Assembly (NCBI GenBank): GCA_019057815.1
Contig: JAHLWR010000037.1
Span: 1-16,946, forward strand
DNA length: 16,946 nucleotides
Direction: 5' to 3'
From: Candidatus Heimdallarchaeota archaeon
Lineage (GTDB): Archaea > Asgardarchaeota > Heimdallarchaeia > Heimdallarchaeales > Heimdallarchaeaceae
Shown: positions 7,181 to 16,086 of the stretch, piece by piece
Position numbering within the stretch: the first letter of the stretch is position 1
How the letters are laid out: the number at the start of each line of letters is the position of its first letter
Notes under the pieces: generated by a model
The model's input: the letters and a program-made list of their open reading frames with translations, nothing else
Told to the model about the DNA's origin: nothing
Database searches by the model: none
Made by a program: the position numbers and the translations under genes

Positions 7181-8614
7181 TCACATACCTAGGAATCCTG
7201 CCAAAGCGGGTACTGTTTCAGATATTTGTTCACTCGCAAATATCTCATAATACTGCCTTAGAATCCCTGTTGTAAGAAGTATTCCTGTGCCTGTTCCTAA
7301 CGCTCCTAGAAAGTCTGCTACTGCGGCTAGCACTCCAATAAAGAATCCTCCCAGCCACGCAGCTGTTGGAATATATTTGTCCAAATATTTTTCCACTGTC
7401 CTCGGAGATCTACGAAAACCAGGTATTTGCATATTTGCATCCAGTAACTGTTTAGCTACATTTTTGGAACTCATACCTGCTGTATCAATCCATATCCGCG
7501 AGAATACACCACATAGTATTACCATTAGCAACAGATAAACAAACGCATTCCACGGGTATGCTATGACTTGTTCTGGTCCATAAGGTGCCGTTGTTATTGC
7601 TGATAATCCAGATACAGGCGCTTCTTGTCCTCCTGTTGCATCACTAGCCTCCCACCGGCCAAAGAAGTTCACTAAGAAGTTTTTAAAACCAGTAGCTGTA
7701 GAACCCCAATTCCGCCACATCAGATTTGAAATGAAGTATATATTTGCAAACAATGCGCTTACTAGGATTACTGGTATATTAGAAGTATAGAGGAATTTTA
7801 TTGGGTATCTGGCTGGCATTTTGAATTGGCTATGTTGTACAGGTATTTCTATCTTTATTGAATCAACGTATATAACCACTGCAAAAACAACAATTGTTGC
7901 TAATAGACCTAATAGGTCCGGAACTCTTCCAGGACGGCTAAATGCTGCGCCTACATCACCTCTTGCTATTCCTTGGAAGAATGCAAGAATGCAACCTCTG
8001 TAAAGCCCTCCTGATTCTGGGGAGAAACTAAACATACCGTCAAAGATTTGGAAAGAAACACTTGCTGCTATGAATAGACTAATACCAGATCCTAAACCAT
8101 AGCCTTTCTGTATTACTTCATCCATCAACATAATAATTATACCTGCTATAAGTAACTGTCCCAAGATAAGTATTTGTTCACTGAATTCTAATTCACCATA
8201 TGCTCCACCTAGAATGTAAGCAAGTGCTTCAAAGAATGTTAATAGAATAGCCATTATTTTTTGAGCACCAGTATAGAGAGCTCTTTCACTTGAATTAGAA
8301 AAGTCAACCTTTATTATTTGGCTTCCCACTAATAATTGCATAATAAGTCCGGCTGTAACTATGGGGCCTATACCTAATTCAGCCAATGAGCCTCGCTGAG
8401 ATGCCATAATAGCACGCATAGCAAAGAAGGGATCAGACCCGCTTGGGTCTTGTTCAACTCCAACAATGGGTATATTTAACATAGCTAAGTAAATGGCTAA
8501 TATTCCAAAAGTCCAAGCCAGTTTCTTTTTAAAAGAGGGCTTTCGCTCAGGTTTTCTTACTTCGAATGTAAACCGTTGAAGTGGTTTGAATAGCGTTAAA
8601 AATTTAGAGGCCAT
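7181..8614 (-). CDS. secY: Protein translocase subunit SecY / Sec61alpha
   Basis: [70 protein letters not shown]. About 10 TM segments. Follows uL15. Confidence 0.99.
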   Translation of the reverse strand: [477 protein letters not shown]

Positions 8615-8656
8615 TTTATTAGTCCTGTCTATGCTAAAAAGATTGCAGACTAATTT

Positions 8657-8672
8657 ATTTATAAGTTATACG
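8657..8672 (-). promoter_or_regulatory. Putative TATA for a separate secY transcript
   Basis: Minus strand CGTATAAC-TTATAAAT about 45 nt upstream of ATG 8614, within a 225-bp gap. Confidence 0.45.
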
Positions 8673-8814
8673 TTGTTTGTGTGCAGCATATCAGTTTAAC
8701 ATTATCCTTATTTACTTCACATTATCTTTTAAAAGAAGTTCACTAAAAGGAGTTTCAACAGACGAAGTATGTATAGCAAATATGTGTTCTAGAATATTTT
8801 CAAGAGTAATAATT

Positions 8815-8839
8815 AAAATGAAAAATAAAAAGAAAAGAA
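8815..8839 (-). terminator. Putative oligo-T terminator after uL15
   Basis: Minus strand TTCTTTTCTTTTTATTTTTCATTTT immediately after the TAA. Confidence 0.6.
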
Positions 8840-9289
8840 TTACTCTTTTTCTTCAGTTATAACTTTGCCACCTACTGCTTCAATTTTTGAGATAGCTCGT
8901 TCACTAGCTGATTCTACAGTTATGTTCAGTGGTGTTTTAATCTCTCCTTGTGCTAAAAGTTTAGTGTAGCCTAAATCCTTTAAATTAATTTGAAAAACAT
9001 TGCTCTTTTTCTCTATTTTTCCTTCCTTGATTAGTGTAGGTAACATAGATTCAAGGTGGGAGATATTGATTTGCTTCGTATTTTTTCTAACAGTTGGCGG
9101 ACGAATAAAGCCTTTCTTACCGAGAGGAGGTCTCTTCCCAGTAACGACTTGTAACCAATGATGAGATGTAGGAGCAGCATTTCCAACTCCACCTCTGGTA
9201 CCGCTTTTCCTGTGTCGTTTCTGTTTTCCCCAACCATGAGTTCTAGTAGCACGATATTTTCTTATCTTCTTTTTATGTCTTAGTACCAT
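8840..9289 (-). CDS. rpl15: 50S ribosomal protein uL15
   Basis: RKYRATRTHGWGKQKRHRKSGTRGGVGNA, GKKGF, AISKIEAVGG. ATG 9289 preferred because the GTGA at 9298 is SD-like. Confidence 0.97.
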   Translation of the reverse strand: MVLRHKKKIRKYRATRTHGWGKQKRHRKSGTRGGVGNAAPTSHHWLQVVTGKRPPLGKKGFIRPPTVRKNTKQINISHLESMLPTLIKEGKIEKKSNVFQINLKDLGYTKLLAQGEIKTPLNITVESASERAISKIEAVGGKVITEEKE

Positions 9290-9294
9290 TTCAA

Positions 9295-9783
9295 TCACGC
9301 CATCCTTACAATTAGAGGATTTATAGCAATTCCTCTATAACCTAGTTCGCCACCTTCTGCAAAACCTCGTTTTACTCCACGATATCCTTTTCGTGCAGGA
9401 TGCAATCTAAAGAATTGTTTCATTGTAGGAATATCTTTCAAAGAGGTTTTACCAGCCAATAGGGCATCAGCAAAAGCTGAAATACTTTCATAGTCAGTAT
9501 TTTCCTTCAAATATTCATCAGTCAGGGGATTACGTCCTTCAAGTTGTCCTCTCTTTTTAAGCACGTGTGCTAACACATCTTTGTTAATCTCTCCCCAAGT
9601 TATAGCATCTTTTGCTTTTTTTAACATTCCCCTATAGGAGGAGGAATTAGGTATTAGTGTCATGTAATTTGGTCTTTCAACTCTTAGCATTTTCAAAGTT
9701 TCTTTTACCTTCTGTTGAACATTAACAGTTCCTCTAAGCCTTATTATTGCGTAAAGTTCATTTTTTTCTTGTTTATTGCTCAT
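9295..9783 (-). CDS. rpl30: 50S ribosomal protein uL30 (long archaeal form)
   Basis: AIIRLRG, TLKMLR, ITWGE, FRLHPARKGY, GELGYRG. Start ATG 9783 with GGCGGTG SD. Confidence 0.97.
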   Translation of the reverse strand: MSNKQEKNELYAIIRLRGTVNVQQKVKETLKMLRVERPNYMTLIPNSSSYRGMLKKAKDAITWGEINKDVLAHVLKKRGQLEGRNPLTDEYLKENTDYESISAFADALLAGKTSLKDIPTMKQFFRLHPARKGYRGVKRGFAEGGELGYRGIAINPLIVRMA

Positions 9784-9794
9784 ACTAACACCGC

Positions 9795-10433
9795 CTATTG
9801 TGTCCAATCATTCCGATTCATGATTGCATAAGTGTTATGTAACGCTTTCGCCGTTGCCTTTGCAAAATTACTTGTTGTTCTTGTTTCTCCGAAGGTTTTA
9901 CTCCACACATCTTTAATACCTGCAAGTTCAAGGACAATTTTAGCTGTATCACCAGTTACTAAACCTAACCCCCTTGGAGCTGAAAATAGTAACACATTTG
10001 TTGATCCTACCTTTCCACTTACTTTGAAGGGTACTGTATGGGGTTCACCACATGAACATTCCCATGAACCACATCCTCGTCTCACAGGGCGTAGATTTAG
10101 TTTAGCGTTTATTATTGCTTTTTTAATAGCATGTCCAATTTCTTTTAACTTTGCTTCCCCTACTCCCACATAGCCATCTTTGTTTCCGACAACAGCTGTT
10201 GCTCTGAACTTACGTTTTCTACCAGCATCGCTTTGTCTTTGAACTAAGGAGATGTCTACAACTTCATCCTCAAGTAAATCACCAACTAATATATCAACAA
10301 TCTCTGGTTCAGCAATAGTAAGTCCTTGTTGGAAAATTTCGTCAATTGTTGTTATTTTGCCTTCTTTCACTAATCTACCTACTCTTGTTCGAGGTTCCCA
10401 TTCTTCTATTTCCATAAACATTTTTCTACTCAT
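9795..10433 (-). CDS. rps5: 30S ribosomal protein uS5
   Basis: [67 protein letters not shown] before ATG 10433. Confidence 0.98.
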   Translation of the reverse strand: MSRKMFMEIEEWEPRTRVGRLVKEGKITTIDEIFQQGLTIAEPEIVDILVGDLLEDEVVDISLVQRQSDAGRKRKFRATAVVGNKDGYVGVGEAKLKEIGHAIKKAIINAKLNLRPVRRGCGSWECSCGEPHTVPFKVSGKVGSTNVLLFSAPRGLGLVTGDTAKIVLELAGIKDVWSKTFGETRTTSNFAKATAKALHNTYAIMNRNDWTQ

Positions 10434-10443
10434 GATAATCACC

Positions 10444-11088
10444 TTAAAATTCGGAATCTATCTTCGCTTTTGTCTCCTCAAAGTACTTAGGAAGGTCTTC
10501 AGGTTTCTTGTTAACTGCTAGATATTTAGAAAAGAATCTTTTATAATTTTCTTTGTCTTCGCTAGCTAGTAGCTTACCGTACTTAGCGATGTGCTCTCCT
10601 TTTATTCGTTCTTCAGGAGGTATCATAATATCATTAACAGGAATTTCAACACCTGCATCTAAAGCTCCTTTCAAAGTAGCAAAAATCCTAGTTCCAGCAT
10701 TTGGAGTGTGGATTCCAATATCTAAAATAGCTTCATTAACGGATTTTATCATTGCCTTTTTACCAGCTAAGTAACCTGTAAGGTAAGCAGCAGGTAGATT
10801 AGAAGTAGCAATATCCCAACCATATTCTTTAAGCTCGTGTGACCTTACTTGAATAAGTGTAAGATCTCCACCAATATTAGATTTCACAAATTGAACTAAA
10901 ACTTGCTTATTAGAGGGGCGTGTTACTAACCTGATTTTTCCAGACTTTATGAGTCTCTTTCTTTGGTGAAAATCAGTTTTTTGCTGTCGTCTTCTTCTGA
11001 ATGGAACTTTATAGAGAGGGCCGTGTTTTTTTCTTGGGGGCATTTGTCTCTGTTTACGTCTCATCGATCTTTTACTTCTTTTAGACAT
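10444..11088 (-). CDS. rpl18: 50S ribosomal protein uL18 with basic N-terminal extension
   Basis: [64 protein letters not shown] supports start 11088. Confidence 0.98.
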   Translation of the reverse strand: MSKRSKRSMRRKQRQMPPRKKHGPLYKVPFRRRRQQKTDFHQRKRLIKSGKIRLVTRPSNKQVLVQFVKSNIGGDLTLIQVRSHELKEYGWDIATSNLPAAYLTGYLAGKKAMIKSVNEAILDIGIHTPNAGTRIFATLKGALDAGVEIPVNDIMIPPEERIKGEHIAKYGKLLASEDKENYKRFFSKYLAVNKKPEDLPKYFEETKAKIDSEF

Positions 11089-11102
11089 TTTATTTCACCT
11101 TA

Positions 11103-11567
11103 TTAAAGCTCAGGAAGACGTTTTTTGGCCAATCCATGCTCAGTGATGTAGTTTCGTAAATATCTCACGTTACGGAACAACCCACCTTTAGCTTGAAGAT
11201 AGAGTTTACGATAAATAATGGTTTCAATATAACCTTCATCACGTAACATTTTGAGAAACTTGCGTTGGGCGCGGACTCGATTTATCCATCTTGTTTTGCT
11301 TGGAAAACGGGCATTTTTAGTTCCTCTTCTACTTCCAGGACCAATTCTTTGCCCCCGCTTTTTCTTTACTCTAAGAGCACGAGCTCTTCCGCGACTAACG
11401 CCTTTTATTCTACGCTTTTTTATATCTCCATCATCAATGTGTCGTCTAATATCCTCACGTGTAATGGCTAAAGCTAAATCTTGTAAACTATCAGGGTCTA
11501 CTTTGACTCTGTTTGCACCTATTTTAAGCACTCTGGCCGCCATCTTTCTTTGCGTTTTTACGTCCAT
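11103..11567 (-). CDS. rpl19e: 50S ribosomal protein eL19
   Basis: QRKMAARVLKIGANRV, AITREDIR, GPGSRRG, WINRVRAQR, YRKLYLQAKGG. Confidence 0.98.
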   Translation of the reverse strand: MDVKTQRKMAARVLKIGANRVKVDPDSLQDLALAITREDIRRHIDDGDIKKRRIKGVSRGRARALRVKKKRGQRIGPGSRRGTKNARFPSKTRWINRVRAQRKFLKMLRDEGYIETIIYRKLYLQAKGGLFRNVRYLRNYITEHGLAKKRLPEL

Positions 11568-11600
11568 TTATAAGCCTCTTTACAGTTATTAAAGGAAGAA

Positions 11601-12122
11601 TCAGTCTGATTCTTCTTCATCTAACTCGAATTCTTCTTCAAATTCCGCTGTCGATAAGTCCTCTTCAAATTCGTCTTCAAGTAATTCATATTCTTCGTCC
11701 AACTCAGCTTCTTCAATAACTTCACTAATTTCTTCAATAGTAGCTGGTGGATTAAGAATTTTTAAATTCAAGTCAGAAGCAGTATCTAAAATCATTTGGC
11801 GTTTTCTTGCACCAACTGTTCTTTTGATCATAATTGCTTCTATCTCACGATTAACGAATTCTAGTTCTGCAGGATTCCCGATATGAACTACTTCATACCC
11901 TGAAGGATGCAGACCGCGCACTTTTTTGGGACTACGGTAGCCTACATTGACCATTGAAGGATAACCTTTGCGCCTTTCTTTTATTTTATTATCAATACCC
12001 TTAGGTTTGCGCCAAGTAGTATCTACACGCTTGTAACGCCAAGATTCTTGTCTTACAAACTTTGGTCTACGGGCACTAATTTCTTTGCGCTTTTCTAGTA
12101 ACTTTTTTTTGTCAACTGACAT
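11601..12122 (-). CDS. rpl32e: 50S ribosomal protein eL32 with acidic C-terminal tail
   Basis: RPKFVRQESWRYKR..WRKPKGIDNK, VGYRSPKKVRGLHPSG, VGARKR, ILNP, then a 47-aa acidic tail. ATG 12122 preferred over TTG 12128. Confidence 0.97.
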   Translation of the reverse strand: MSVDKKKLLEKRKEISARRPKFVRQESWRYKRVDTTWRKPKGIDNKIKERRKGYPSMVNVGYRSPKKVRGLHPSGYEVVHIGNPAELEFVNREIEAIMIKRTVGARKRQMILDTASDLNLKILNPPATIEEISEVIEEAELDEEYELLEDEFEEDLSTAEFEEEFELDEEESD

Positions 12123-12180
12123 AGGCAATCACAGTAGAATGTTAACTTAATCGTAGTAGTAAGCTATCATCAAGCTTGTG

Positions 12181-12195
12181 TTTTTAATACTTTTC
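12181..12195 (-). promoter_or_regulatory. Putative internal BRE-TATA promoter for eL32-uL15
   Basis: Minus strand GAAAAG-TATTAAAAA about 60 nt upstream of the eL32 start, downstream of a T-run (12271-12266) that follows uL6. Confidence 0.55.
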
Positions 12196-12310
12196 ATGTT
12201 TAACAAATAATTTCGTAGAAACTTAAATTAATAGAAGATAAAAGAGAGTATTGCAAAAGGATGTAAAAAAAGAACAAGGAACAATTAAGGAAGTGTAATG
12301 AGATAAGGGC

Positions 12311-12865
12311 TTATTCTTTCTTTTGCCACACCCAAATTCCATCCATAAAAGTCTCTGGATCTTTCTTTCTTTTACCTCTTAACCTGCATTTTTCCTGCAT
12401 ATTCGCAGCTGTTTGACCTACAGCTTGTTTATCTATACCTTCTATGATTACGTCGTCTTTATCTAAGCTTACTTTTGTATTATTCCCCACAATTGGTACT
12501 ATCAGTATTTTTCTTCCACCATACAGGTTTTTAATTAGTATTTGTCGTTGTTTGTCCTTAATTTCAACAGTTATAGGAAAGTGGCTAAACACTATTTTTG
12601 ATTTATAGACATAACCTTTAGTTACTCCATGGATCATGTTTTGGATTCTTCCTACCACAGCAAGTGTTTTAGCTTTCTTTTTCTTATTAAGGAAAAAACC
12701 TGTAACAATCAAGGCATTTTCTCTTTTTTCTAAATCTACATCATAATTAGTATAATCAGAGGTCAGTACACCCTTTTGTCCTTTAACCGATACTTTTTTG
12801 TTTTCGATTGTTATATCTACTTCTTCAGGTATTTCGATTTTTTTTGTTAAATATACTAATTTCAT
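12311..12865 (-). CDS. rpl6: 50S ribosomal protein uL6
   Basis: IEIPEEV, VKGQKG, NMIHGVTKG, SHFPITV, IEGIDKQAVGQTAAN, KDPETFMDGI. Confidence 0.97.
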   Translation of the reverse strand: MKLVYLTKKIEIPEEVDITIENKKVSVKGQKGVLTSDYTNYDVDLEKRENALIVTGFFLNKKKKAKTLAVVGRIQNMIHGVTKGYVYKSKIVFSHFPITVEIKDKQRQILIKNLYGGRKILIVPIVGNNTKVSLDKDDVIIEGIDKQAVGQTAANMQEKCRLRGKRKKDPETFMDGIWVWQKKE

Positions 12866-12877
12866 AGTACCATCACC

Positions 12878-13270
12878 TCAATACATATAGGCCAACAACC
12901 GGCCACCAACACCTTTCTCTTTTGCATCTTCGTGACTCAGTACACCTTCAGGAGTTGTTAATACAAGTATACCAAATCCTCTAGCGGGGAGAAATTGCCG
13001 TTCCCAAGATTCAAAGTCATCTTTCTTAACAGGGAAACGTGGCTTAATAACACCACATTTGTTTATTCTTCCCATAAGTTGGATCTCAAATATTCCTCCA
13101 CGGTGATCTTCAATATATTCTAATTCTCCTAAATAACCGGATCTTTGTGCAGTTCTTAAGACATTTGCGATAATCTTGCTTGCGGGTTTAACTTCAACTG
13201 ACTTCTTTCCTGTTTTTTCAGCGTTCAGTATAGTGATTAGAGCATCACTTAATGGGTCCATTTTCACCAT
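12878..13270 (-). CDS. rps8: 30S ribosomal protein uS8
   Basis: [59 protein letters not shown]. Start ATG 13270 with GGAGGT SD. The track's 13327 start lies inside rps14. Confidence 0.98.
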   Translation of the reverse strand: MVKMDPLSDALITILNAEKTGKKSVEVKPASKIIANVLRTAQRSGYLGELEYIEDHRGGIFEIQLMGRINKCGVIKPRFPVKKDDFESWERQFLPARGFGILVLTTPEGVLSHEDAKEKGVGGRLLAYMY

Positions 13271-13283
13271 TTTCTTTACCTCC

Positions 13284-13451
13284 TTATCCTCCTCGACTTC
13301 CTGTTTTTTTGAAACCGATTTTGCCATAGATTTCTCTTATACATCTTCTACAAACGTTCAAGCCACCTCTTCGTATAAGTCCTTTATGGCTTCCACATCT
13401 TCGACATTGGCGAGATCCTTTTCCGTATTTTATTTCTCTTCTTTCTTGCAT
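13284..13451 (-). CDS. rps14: 30S ribosomal protein uS14 (zinc-binding C+ type), 55 aa, absent from ORF track
   Basis: Hand translation [55 protein letters not shown]. Two CxxC motifs, GGTGA SD, between uL5 and uS8. Confidence 0.97.
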   Translation of the reverse strand: MQERREIKYGKGSRQCRRCGSHKGLIRRGGLNVCRRCIREIYGKIGFKKTGSRGG

Positions 13452-13461
13452 TTCGATCACC

Positions 13462-14028
13462 TTAAACTATTTGAACATTGAATTCCTTTTGAACATATTC
13501 TAATGCCTCTTCTTTTGTTAGCACATGATTCTTAGAGATTCTCTGTCGCTTTCGTTGTCTATACTTTAGCCTATAACCAGGTCGTTCAAGTTTCACGATG
13601 ACATTAAAACCTATTGTCCCGAGCAGTGGATCGAAAGGAGCTTTTTCTATGTCGACGTGTTCAGTTATACCAAAGCTAAAATTACCTTGTTTATCGAAAG
13701 AAGATTCTTTTATCATGAAATCTTTTGCATAAAGAAACCGTTTCAATAACTGGTGTGCTTCTTCGCCTCTTAAAGTTATAACTACCGCTATTGCTTCATC
13801 TTTTCGGATATTAAAACCTCTAACAGTTTCTTTGGCACACCTTTCCACAGGTTCCCTATCAGTAATCTGACGCAAAATCTCTTTTGCTCTTTCAAAACTA
13901 GGTCCGGATTCACCCACACAAGAGTTGATTATTACACTAGCCAACTTTGGTTTTCTCATGGGGTGTTTCTTCCATTCTTCTTCAAATTGAGAAGGAATTA
14001 ATTTGGTTTCAGCAACTTCATCACTCAT
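13462..14028 (-). CDS. rpl5: 50S ribosomal protein uL5
   Basis: [50 protein letters not shown]. Confidence 0.98.
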   Translation of the reverse strand: MSDEVAETKLIPSQFEEEWKKHPMRKPKLASVIINSCVGESGPSFERAKEILRQITDREPVERCAKETVRGFNIRKDEAIAVVITLRGEEAHQLLKRFLYAKDFMIKESSFDKQGNFSFGITEHVDIEKAPFDPLLGTIGFNVIVKLERPGYRLKYRQRKRQRISKNHVLTKEEALEYVQKEFNVQIV

Positions 14029-14783
14029 TTCCCGTCACCTACATTTTCAAACATAGATATTGATGGGTCTTTATTACCTACAACAAAGATGTATCTGAAC
14101 AGCGTTACAATTAAGTCACCAGAAGACGATTTAATTGTGACAGTTCTTACATTCTTAGTTTGATGAGTACTTATGTCTTCAATTATTCCATGTTGTCCCA
14201 TCCATCTTCCACTTGTAACTATACCGTAATTACCTAATTTCAATTCAAAGTTTTCAAGGATTTTCTGGTTTGGTAATGTTATTTTTATTGTATCATAAGT
14301 AGAATAGTTTCTTGTTTCTTGCTCTTCAGGAGTTAAAATAATATTTCTTCCATCGTGTAGATTAAGCTGCGTTAAACCACCTTTGATTGTACTTTTGTTT
14401 TTTATCTGACATAGTTTAACTTTGGCTTCATCGTCAGTTATTGTAATTGTCCTTAACCCTTTCCCTGGGAGATATACCAGTCTATAATGCTCATTAATTT
14501 TTGGGAATGAGATAACATCCATAAAACCTACAGGATATTTTCTGTTACGACGAACTCTTCCGTCAACAACAGTATTTCTTTCGTTAATAATTCTCTTAAC
14601 TTCACTCATATTTCGAGCATATCCAAACATATCTCGCAATATAATAGCTAGTGGGATACATTCAGATGCAGCATGAGGACCGGGAGAGGGTCTTACTGTA
14701 TATTTAAATGCTTTCTTAAGGACTGGAATGTGTTTTGAAATTGCCAATCTTTTTAGATGGTGTCCGCCACCTGAACGTGTCAT
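14025..14783 (-). CDS. rps4e: 30S ribosomal protein eS4
   Basis: HLKRLA, RPSPGPH, PLAIILRD, VDGRVR..KYPVGFMDVI, KLCQI, QLNLHDGRN, YIFVVG. Confidence 0.98.
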   Translation of the reverse strand: MTRSGGGHHLKRLAISKHIPVLKKAFKYTVRPSPGPHAASECIPLAIILRDMFGYARNMSEVKRIINERNTVVDGRVRRNRKYPVGFMDVISFPKINEHYRLVYLPGKGLRTITITDDEAKVKLCQIKNKSTIKGGLTQLNLHDGRNIILTPEEQETRNYSTYDTIKITLPNQKILENFELKLGNYGIVTSGRWMGQHGIIEDISTHQTKNVRTVTIKSSSGDLIVTLFRYIFVVGNKDPSISMFENVGDGK

Positions 14784-15310
14784 GATGATGCCTCCTCTTC
14801 TAATTCATCTACTTCTAAATCTTCAAACTCTTCTTCAAAAGTTTCATCTTCAGTAATATCATGATCTTCACTTAATTCGTCCCTCGACTCCTCTTCATCA
14901 AAGACACTTTCTTCAAATTCCTCTTCAGATAACTCTTTCTCAGAACGACGTCGAATGATTTCTCTACGTTTTTTGTCTTTGAGATTTAATGCTGTTATCA
15001 CTACATTACTTGGACGCATTGGAAAGCTGACTATGGTTCCATCAGCTTTTTCTTTCGAGTATCCTTCAACATGAATAGAATATTTTTGTGGAAGGGTCCT
15101 GATCACCTTACCTTTAATCTCTTGGTCTTCTGATTTAGCTCTGAAAACAGTAACTTTATCTCCTTTATGAACAGGTAAACGCTTAATACCATACTTTTCT
15201 CTCAATGATTTTGATAGTGGAGCAGTCATTCTTTTGTTTCTGAGATGAAGTGAGGCTTGATAGCGTCTTTTTCTTTGCTTTTTTGGTTGTTTTGTTTTTG
15301 GTAAAGTCAT
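14780..15310 (-). CDS. rpl24: 50S ribosomal protein uL24 with acidic C-terminal tail
   Basis: QPKKQRK, APLSKSLREKYG, LPVHKGDKV (KOW), KADGT, PSNVVIT, then a 54-aa acidic tail. Start ATG 15310 with GGAGG SD. Confidence 0.96.
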   Translation of the reverse strand: MTLPKTKQPKKQRKRRYQASLHLRNKRMTAPLSKSLREKYGIKRLPVHKGDKVTVFRAKSEDQEIKGKVIRTLPQKYSIHVEGYSKEKADGTIVSFPMRPSNVVITALNLKDKKRREIIRRRSEKELSEEEFEESVFDEEESRDELSEDHDITEDETFEEEFEDLEVDELEEEASS

Positions 15311-15321
15311 ATTTTCTCCTC

Positions 15322-15738
15322 CTAAACAATTATTGAAGCTTGGTGTGCAATCCTTGGCCATTTCTCTGCTGCTTCACGAGAAATAGGTCCTCTTATTTCG
15401 GAACCAAGTGGATCTGCAACTTCATTTGTTAGAACGCAAGCATTTTCTTCGAATTGTATCCATTCACCAGAAGGTCTTCTATAAGGAGATTTTTGACGAA
15501 CTACAATAGCCGGATGAATGGTTTTTCTTCTTTGAGGAGTGCCTTGTTTAACTGAAATAATGACCATATCTCCAACTGCTGCGCGAGGAACTCTATTTAA
15601 TCTACCTCTATAACCTTTCACAGCTATTATCTGAACAATTCTTGCACCTGAATTATCAGCAACTTTCATTCTTGAACCTACCATCAATCCAAAAGTTCTA
15701 TGGTTTAATGGACGTCCTACAGTTTTTCGCTTTGCCAT
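15322..15738 (-). CDS. rpl14: 50S ribosomal protein uL14
   Basis: VADNSGAR, GRLNRVPRAAVGDM, AIVVRQK.PYRRP.G, FEENACV, GSEIRGPISREAAEKWPRIA. ATG 15738 with GGTG SD. Confidence 0.98.
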   Translation of the reverse strand: MAKRKTVGRPLNHRTFGLMVGSRMKVADNSGARIVQIIAVKGYRGRLNRVPRAAVGDMVIISVKQGTPQRRKTIHPAIVVRQKSPYRRPSGEWIQFEENACVLTNEVADPLGSEIRGPISREAAEKWPRIAHQASIIV

Positions 15739-15748
15739 AATCAACACC

Positions 15749-16081
15749 TTAAGACATCTTTTGTATTACAACAAAGCTCACAGTCTTTGACAGTGGGCGA
15801 CATTCGCTTGCAAGTACGATATCTCCTTCTTTTACATTTAAACAAGGAGGGTTATGGGCAGATATTTTGCCGTGTTGTCGTTCATATCGTTTGTATTTCT
15901 TTACATATCGAAGAAAATCCCGTCTCATAACAACTGTCCCTCTCATTTTATCAGAGATAACTTTTCCAGAAAACAGTCTCCCTCTTACACTTAGTTTTCC
16001 ATGGAAGGGACAATTCAAATCCTCACACTCTGTTGGTGGAGGCATTACATTTTGTATACCTATATTTCTAACTTTTGCCAT
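15749..16081 (-). CDS. rps17: 30S ribosomal protein uS17
   Basis: [46 protein letters not shown]. Start ATG 16081 with GGAGTGA SD (16093-16087). Confidence 0.98.
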   Translation of the reverse strand: MAKVRNIGIQNVMPPPTECEDLNCPFHGKLSVRGRLFSGKVISDKMRGTVVMRRDFLRYVKKYKRYERQHGKISAHNPPCLNVKEGDIVLASECRPLSKTVSFVVIQKMS

Positions 16082-16086
16082 TTGTA

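Noticed and set aside
8712-8852. A -1 frame at the uL15 end would add a hydrophobic tail (RKRVILFFLFFILIITLE...)
   Set aside because: The hydrophobicity comes from the oligo-T terminator. There is no canonical slippery heptamer or stimulatory structure.
8677-8862. 61-aa plus-strand ORF in the secY-uL15 gap
   Set aside because: TTG start with no SD, no motif, and its Lys run is the complement of the uL15 terminator.
13271-13327. N-terminal extensions of uS8 (also uL24 15311-15361, uS17 16082-16120, uL30 9784-9807) implied by the ORF track
   Set aside because: They overlap upstream genes or SD motifs. Downstream ATGs with correctly spaced SDs match the family starts.
13969-13990. FEEEW in the uL5 N-terminus as a third copy of the FEEEF motif
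   Set aside because: It falls in the helix before HPMR that other archaeal uL5 proteins also have, and is probably coincidental.
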